DNA of 64,000 bases from Tubulanus polymorphus. Lineage: Eukaryota; Animalia; Nemertea. The stretch covers positions 4,898,001 through 4,962,000 of the forward strand of contig NC_134035.1 in NCBI RefSeq assembly GCF_964204645.1. Direction: 5' to 3'. The notes below the pieces were generated by a model that made no database searches, was not told where the DNA came from, and worked only from the letters and a program-made list of their open reading frames with translations. Position numbers and translations under genes: made by a program. Of this stretch, positions 56,614 through 64,000 are shown in pieces (the first letter of the stretch is position 1; the number at the start of each line of letters is the position of its first letter).

Positions 56614-59451
56614 CGTTTTTACTGGTGTCACATTCGGAACCTGTGCCCACGTGAACCCATAGAAACGTCTTCCGATTCATAGACGTTTACGAAACAATTT
56701 CAAAAATAACTGACAACTGGCTTTTCATAGTAACGCGTCTAAATATACGTCGCTTAACACATTTTTAGTGATGTAACGTACATCGTTCGTGTGGCTTCAG
56801 AAACAGATACGACTCGAATACGAATAACTCTCTAATGATATTCAATAGCCGGCTACGACCTACGCAAAGCGACCCGTGATCATATTTCATTATTGCGACT
56901 GGTCTAGAGGCCGATATTGATCTCTGTATTTCAGAATTAATGAACGAAACCCACGGTTAGTGAAATGACGGTTTATTCCGACAGTTTTGAAGTTCCGCGC
57001 GAAACGAAAATCTAGTTTTTCGTCGAATTTCTCATCGAATTCTGCGGGATTTTGTTCATTAATTCGTTATACATATTTTGTACCCGACTTTTAAGAACTC
57101 GCTACAATCGCCAAAACCAGTCCCTCAACCTACGCATAACCCTACTGCTGGTCGTAACGAGAGGCCAGAGTCGATCTGTCAAAAAAAATTCTACCGCACC
57201 CAGATTTGAGGTTAGAATCCAGGCGTAGTATCTGCACTCGCGCCATCCTAACCCCATGGAAATTGTTCCGTGTCAATTACTAAACGTTGTACTATTCTGT
57301 TGCCAGTTGCTCAAAGCGGTGGATAGAGTGACAATCAAAAATTCATTGTTACTATGGTATTTATCCGCCGGTTATCGTTAACCAAGTTTAGAGCAACTAC
57401 TGGCCCCAGGGATTGCTGGTTAACAGGCCGACAGTTTGCCTAACCCTAGTATAAACTAAATACATAGCCTATATATTCACATTGATAAAAATTCACAAAA
57501 TTCTAATTGGCACCTGATTTTGAGACTAAAGGACTAAAATATGGGCCAAATTAGCCTAATTCTGTCAATGTCAGCTCATCCCCAACATATGGCCGAGGCC
57601 ATTTTTAGCACATGGCAGCTGCCCCCCCCCCCCCCCCCGCGAAATTTGGGAAAAGTACCATTTTTGCTAATTTTATTGTTATATCCTATAGAACTGCCCT
57701 TTTTCAGATTACTATCTCTCTGTCCATTCAATTCAATTGATTGAGAGTTTGATAACTAGACAGCAACGAGAAATAATATATTTGACAAGATAGCAAAATC
57801 AGAATTTGTAAGCCCTGGGTAAACTCTACCTAAACTAAAAGTCGAGACTTAAATGAGTGAATTTAAAATGCCCCATTTTATAGAGTCTAGAGACATTAAA
57901 TTGATAATACGTTTATTAATGCAAAAGCACGAGACTGACGACAATAACACCTAACACTACAGCACTTAGAGTCAGTGCTCTAACTCTCACATAGCCGGCA
58001 GCTCATAGTAGTAGTAGTGCATGTAAAATGTAGAATAGTCGATCAATTCCGATCTAAGACAGCAATATGTGCATTGACGGCAGCAGCGGGATGTCGAACA
58101 AACAACTGTGAAATAGTCGACTAATCGACTTTTTACCCAGCGAAAATAGTCGCTTTTCGGCGATTCTGAAAGTTGATACGGCGCACTGAAGCGTGGACAA
58201 CACGTAAATAGACAAAACCTACCGATATATAGATAGAAATATCCGTATAGCCGCTGTTTAGAGTCGTTAGCGCTGGTTTTGTCGACTATTTGCTGATGTA
58301 GGGCACCTTCTCGCGGCGCTGTTTATAATGTAGGACACGGTGGAGGCGCTGTTGCGTGTAAATATCAATTCGGTCATTACGTCATTTTCATAAAGCGCCG
58401 TTACATAGATCGGACTAGCGCCCGGACGTTTTCAACGAGGAACCTGTTCGGATTAATGTCCCGGACGTATTTCACCATACATCATACCGGTGCGCCGCAC
58501 TACTGATCGGTGTTCGGCCGTGGTACTGGTGAATTTTTTCCCGAGTCACCTGCGAGGTGTCTGACTCCTCGGGGGATGTAGAGGGTTCAAGTTCAAACCT
58601 AAGTTGGGCTTCACGAGGACTTGGAGGAAACACCTTCTGAACACGGGGGTTCAGCTGGGCGCAGGGTTCGTCATTTGAGCCGGCCAATCGCAGGCGCAGA
58701 TCCAGGATTTTTTCCAGGAGGGGGTTCATAAAAATCTTAATGTTAAACTACCGACTAAAATCTCTAATGAAGGGCCTATACGGTAGGCAAACATAAGATA
58801 ATGACACTCGATGTGTCGTTGCGTACTCTCTGCCCGCTTTGTCTTGAGTACATTCCTTCAAGAAAGTGATTTAAGAAAAAATTGGTAGCTGGATCCGCGC
58901 CTGGATCGTAGACTTTTTAAGAATACTAGTCCAGTGGAAACACGATTTTTTGGCCCAAAACTTCAAACGTTTCGATTCATTGGCCGGAGGTGAATTAAGG
59001 GGACTTGAGTCGGACATCTGATCAATTCGGTATTCTGAACAAGTTGCACGTCCGTGGTATCAAATATCACTATTACCGCAGATTCATGAAAAATTTTCCA
59101 GGTTTATTGAGGGCGTTTTCAGCTGCACCAGATATATAGATCAGCGTGCAAAAAAAAACAGAAAAAATAAAATCGTCTTATAACCGCTATTTAAGAAATA
59201 TGGATTTTTATTTTCGATCGGCCGAGTCGTGACCAGTAGAATTCAGCGAATTATGATCGCTATCATTTATCGTTTATCTAAATGAACAAAAACGATCACA
59301 CATTTCTTCTAGGAAATCTTCCGGATATGTACAGGTTATCGTTGATGTCACCCGGTAAAACAAGCGTAAGATTAGATCATAATTGACACTCATAAAAGAT
59401 AAATGAAATATTTATTGTAATATTTCATAGGTGTCTGCGTAGACTGCTTTT

Positions 59452-61875
59452 TTAGTTTTCTCGGTGCACCAAGTCATACACTAGTTTTGCCGTAACTACA
59501 TCTTCAATTGCCATTCCTTTAAAAAAAAATCAATAATCAATGCGTTTACGGTATAAACATGAATTCAATAATCGTCCAAGTTTCAAGTATCATTAAATTC
59601 GAGAAACAAATGTAGTGAGATAAAATATCTAATCGTTTTACCCAATGATTTGAATACTGTCGTTTTTTCGCAGTTAGTTTCCTTCCTGCTGTCGATAACT
59701 TCTCCGAGTTCTGCGTAGATTTCCGCCTGTAGGAGAAAAGTTTCGAAATTGATCAATAAGGTCGGCGAAAATTTCATCTCGACGATTAATATTAGGTCGA
59801 TAGTTACCTTAGAACGGATGATATCTCCGCTCTCAACGGCCGCCCCGTCTTTAGTGTCCACGTATAAAACGGAATGTTTCAGTAACTCGGGGTCTAATTC
59901 CTGTAGTCCCGGTGCGCAGGCGCCTACAGCTGAATAAAGAACGACGATTTTAATTTTTTCCAACGCATTTCTTCCACTGTTACTGACCGGGGTAGTATTC
60001 GTACAATGTACGATTTCTACTTTTGAAGTTGCCTAAGTTGCGTATTTTGAAATTGCGAAACCACTTTTACATCTTTTACACCCAACCTATAGCTCAGTCT
60101 AGAATAAAGGTTCCCAGGGTTGCGGATGATAAGATGGAAAATTGAAAATGAATTTGAAACAAACCATTGATATGAGCTCCTGGTTTGACCCAGTCTTTAA
60201 AAACTAGCGGCTGTTTCGAGAATGTGGCTGTGACGATAATATCAGCGTTCTTCACGGCATCTTCCGCACTTTCACAAACCTTTCCTCTACTTCCGATATG
60301 AGACACCAGTTTCTCCGATGAACTACGCGTTCGGCTGTAAACTCGAACCTATACGTTAATAGAATAAGTTATTCAATCTAAAAAAATATTTTCTTCAAAA
60401 GTTTTATTCGGTTTTTCATTTAGCTTTGAAGACATACTTCAGTGAACGAGTAAATTTGCGAGAATACGTCCCAGTGACTTTTGCCTTGAGTACCAGCTCC
60501 GATTATCGCGAAAATTTTTGGTTCGCCGTTGCAAAGATACTATTTTGAATAGAAAATAAATATAGCGATGTGTATCGAATAAAGGGACATTAAGGGTTTA
60601 ATGTATGATTATCTCCGTGTACCTTAGTGGCGACAGCAGACGCGGCTGCGGTTCTTATTTCTGTCACCGAAATGGCATCAATTATCTATTTTGAAAAAGA
60701 ACATTTTAACAGATATGTATTCACACGTCTTTGTTCTGATTATTCGATTGAGTTTTTCTCAGTAGCCTTACCGATATTATACTACCGTTTTCAGCGTGGA
60801 ATAGCAACAGGACGCCTTGATAAGGTGGCAGATTTCGGCTTTTATTTTCGCTGTAACCCGTTATAACTTTCACCGCCAGCGCCTGATCGCCGGCCGAATA
60901 ACCCGGCATAACGAGCAATACCCTGTGGAGGAAGTTGCAGCACACATGATATTCACCACTACCGCTTTTTAAGAACGGTATTTTGGTTACACGTATTTGC
61001 GGTTTTTATGATTCTTGTTTCAAAAACATTCACATTTTGATTTTGGACTTATCCGATCTGTTATTGTAGTGAAATTTTGAGATATTGTCTACCCCGGCTA
61101 AGCACTTCCACACATTACACCTAATTCTGGACACATGGTTCTTTAAAATTCTTACTTCTTTTACATATGACAGCTAGGGTACTTTCACTAATTGTCGGGT
61201 CCCTTTGCATTTTTGTCTAGATAACTCATTCGTCCAGTCGTGTTGAACAACTACCAAAGGGTCTTTCGTCGGGAATTAGGTTTGATTAACTCTATCACTG
61301 CGAATTTATTGCGAATTTTGTAGGTATTGGTATTTTGTGAAGGTGTGAGTATAGGTTTGGGAATTAGATTTTTTCATACGGAGTGCCATCGTGCGGTTAT
61401 CAGTTTCTATTCGGAGAGATTACTGTGAATCGATAATATATCAATTTGTGTCACAGCATTAAAACATGTGTCTCGCTGACGAACAGAGCTCACTGTAGTA
61501 TATACATGTATGTCGGACAGTACGCAAACACTCAGACAATAAAAAAATCGGTATGAACCGATGTAGGCAGGTTATAACATATACGAACCAGGATAAGCCT
61601 GACAATGAATATTTCACTCCCTAAATCAGATTTAGCCGAATTGAAGATTGCATTCAGATCATTTTCTCTCTATGATGAATCACTTACCCATTATGGTCAT
61701 TGACCTCAACTGTAGAACGCACAGGTTGAACGACCCCTCCTGCCTCTTCACCCTTAGAAAAGTTCCTCAACGCTTCTTCCAGCGCATCGACTAACGGATG
61801 GACCGGGTTCAAAGCCTCGCGTACTCGCTGTTCACTGATGTATTCGGGAGCTGTCGCTGCACTGGTGTGCGACAT
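59452..61875 (-). CDS. CRYM: Mu-crystallin / ketimine reductase (ornithine cyclodeaminase family), 319 aa
   Basis: Phase-consistent exons 61688-61875, 60772-60922, 60623-60685, 60438-60539, 60165-60348, 59808-59929, 59642-59726, 59452-59516 (960 nt). Motifs: GGVVQPVRS, VMPGY, RTAAASAVATK, IIGAGTQG, ADIIVTAT, WVKPGAHINAVGAC, ESGDII, TTVFKSLGMAIED. Confidence 0.93.
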
Positions 61876-64000
61876 CGTGATATAGATTACCGAGCCGGCT
61901 TGTTATCAATGCCAGACTTAATGCCTCCAATACCTTGCAACACACTACTTACTACTCAGCAGAAATGTTTGGATTCCGCTGTGCCGGGGGTAATGCAAAG
62001 TTGACTTTATCTCAACCTTTGAACTGACTTTATTGTGTAGAAGGTTTATGAACTAAACTTCGGACATTCATAATTTCATACGTACTTCGTCACCAGCGAC
62101 GAGGAGATGGCTTGCAAGCTTCACTTTGGCAAAACAAAGTGAGGAGTCCGTTGGGAAACAAACAATTTATAGTCACATCTAGTTTTCCAGAAAAATGTCA
62201 TAAACCAAAAACTGAATCGGATAAAACAAGTACATAACTATTAACTTTAAAAATGCCTTAAGACTCTTAATTGAAAGCAGATTTCTTTAATAAAGCTAGC
62301 TAAAACGGTGACGATAATATCGTTATTCCTTGGGTAGAAATATCGGCGTCAGATCTCGACCGTATAATGCTGCCCCTATGTAAAACCATAGCGGGATAAA
62401 TGTGAACTAATTTTTCACTCGCCTGCCAGACACTTTTTACTGACTTATAGGACGGACTATTTACCAATTTGCGGGCCGGACCGTGTGAAATTCTGGAAAC
62501 TGCACTGAAACTACACAACTGACAATGCTTCTACTAAGCATTAGTTAAGAAAGTGGGAAAATATGATTTGTTTCAACTGTGATTACTAAAGGCCTACAGA
62601 TTACATTTGACATGGACCCTGCCGATTCAGTCCAGAAAAGATACAAAACCAGTATTAGAATTGGCTTCCAAAATTCTCAAGTTCTAACTTGTGGTTAGAT
62701 ATCTATAAATTAAGATGATCTATTTGTTGAGATTTGGGATCTGGGATCTATTAGCAAAAACTCACTTGAATTGTTCGGTGGCAATGACTGTAGGGCTGGG
62801 CCGACTGCTCAGACTGTGCTTCTACGAGAGGCTCTCAAGTGCATTCGTTTTCAAATTTTGAATGAATTTTTCATCTACATTTCTCAAAATTTCAATTATT
62901 TGGCCTTTTATGAGACATCCACAATCGATCGATAAGAACTTCCCCACCATCCTACCCTCGGCAGGAGTGGAATCAGGCCGTGGCCACACTGCTGACAGCA
63001 AAATGAAATGAAAAAGGCATTAAAACTTTAAAAAGGGCCACTATCCATGCCTTTCGAGAGACGAAATTTCGAAGTTTGAATATTATTTTCAAAGTTGTGA
63101 AATTCCACACGTTTTCTCAAACATTTTGGGCCTGGCGGCACTAGAAACAAAAGGAAACAGATCATCAGAAAATTTTACTCGATTCTAACTTTTTTCAACC
63201 TCACAGCTGGGGAAATTTCTCGAGGGCACTCGCCGTAGAATGAACGGCATCGCCACACTAGAGATCCCCTGACAGTCTGGTCCTGGACCCACCCTGGGGC
63301 CACGTGAAAACAAAAATCATTCGATACTTAATTACTTGCATCTGAATAATTGAATGTGCTAAAAATCGCCAGCTGTATGGTTTCAGCGCTGTTTCAAGAA
63401 TTTCAGAAAACTTTCTGAGTGCGGACCGCTCGACCAGAAACCCGGGGAGTTAACGAGTTCAAAGACTCTGGCACGCGAGTAAAAAGTTAATTTCCTGTTT
63501 TCCCGCTATCGTAAAATATAGGGGCAGCACTTGGCAGTTAATATCTGACCATGGACTACAATTCTACTGTGGCATGCGAGTAATAAATATATTCTTAAAT
63601 CTAATTTCATTCATCATTCAACATGATTTTGTTTTAATCAATAAATTCCATCTATAAAAAAGCTTTGTTTCAGGTAAATATGCTTTTAAAATGGTTTCAA
63701 AGTAATTTTAATGTAATCCATATCGTGCTTGTCAACCAAGGTCGTGTGGAGGCAAACATACCCTCAGAAGAAATATTTTCGTTTCGATCTAAATTTCCGT
63801 CGATTCAACTCAAAAAAGGTCCAATTTTGACAATATAAAGGTTTTAATTGACAATTTCTTACGCTTCCTTACATACACTAATGGGATTAGTTTAGTAGTA
63901 AGGGCAAGGTGGTAGGGTAAAAGCCAAATCAAAAGCCACCAAATTAAATTTTATTTCCTCGCGACCTCTCTCTCTGCCGTCCTCCTCGTCCTCACTATCA

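Overview
This is intron-rich, AT-rich (CpG not obviously depleted) animal genomic DNA, most likely from a marine spiralian/lophotrochozoan invertebrate (inference). By checking GT-AG sites and reading-frame phase by hand I could assemble these gene models. (1) The 3' part of a spliced pogo-like DNA transposon gene (+, 312-1590, terminus at ~2733), lying inside intron 1 of (2) an ethanolamine kinase (first coding exon 3150-3281, -). (3) Farnesyl diphosphate synthase (+, 3813/4317-8006), head-to-head with the kinase, with an optional mitochondrial-presequence-like exon. (4) A convergent 220-aa secreted neuropeptide precursor (-, 9341-10991) with one xGWamide and six NxN[AG]WGG[AG]YG repeats that I cannot assign to a known family. 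(5) Tandem RPS13 (26396-28832, -) and (6) RPL27A (29339-31756, -). (7) A 781-aa NR1 (C/D/E/F-related) nuclear receptor (-, 38260-48086) with almost no A/B domain, a very long hinge and no recognisable AF-2 helix. (8) A mu-crystallin/ketimine reductase (-, 59452-61875). The non-coding DNA contains a minimal hammerhead-ribozyme motif and a related perfect 67-bp foldback with a 12-bp target-site duplication (Penelope-like), an RTE-X-like LINE 3' fragment, many MITEs, several minisatellites, and candidate RNA structures in the first introns of both ribosomal protein genes. All calls are from reading the sequence; no searches were run.
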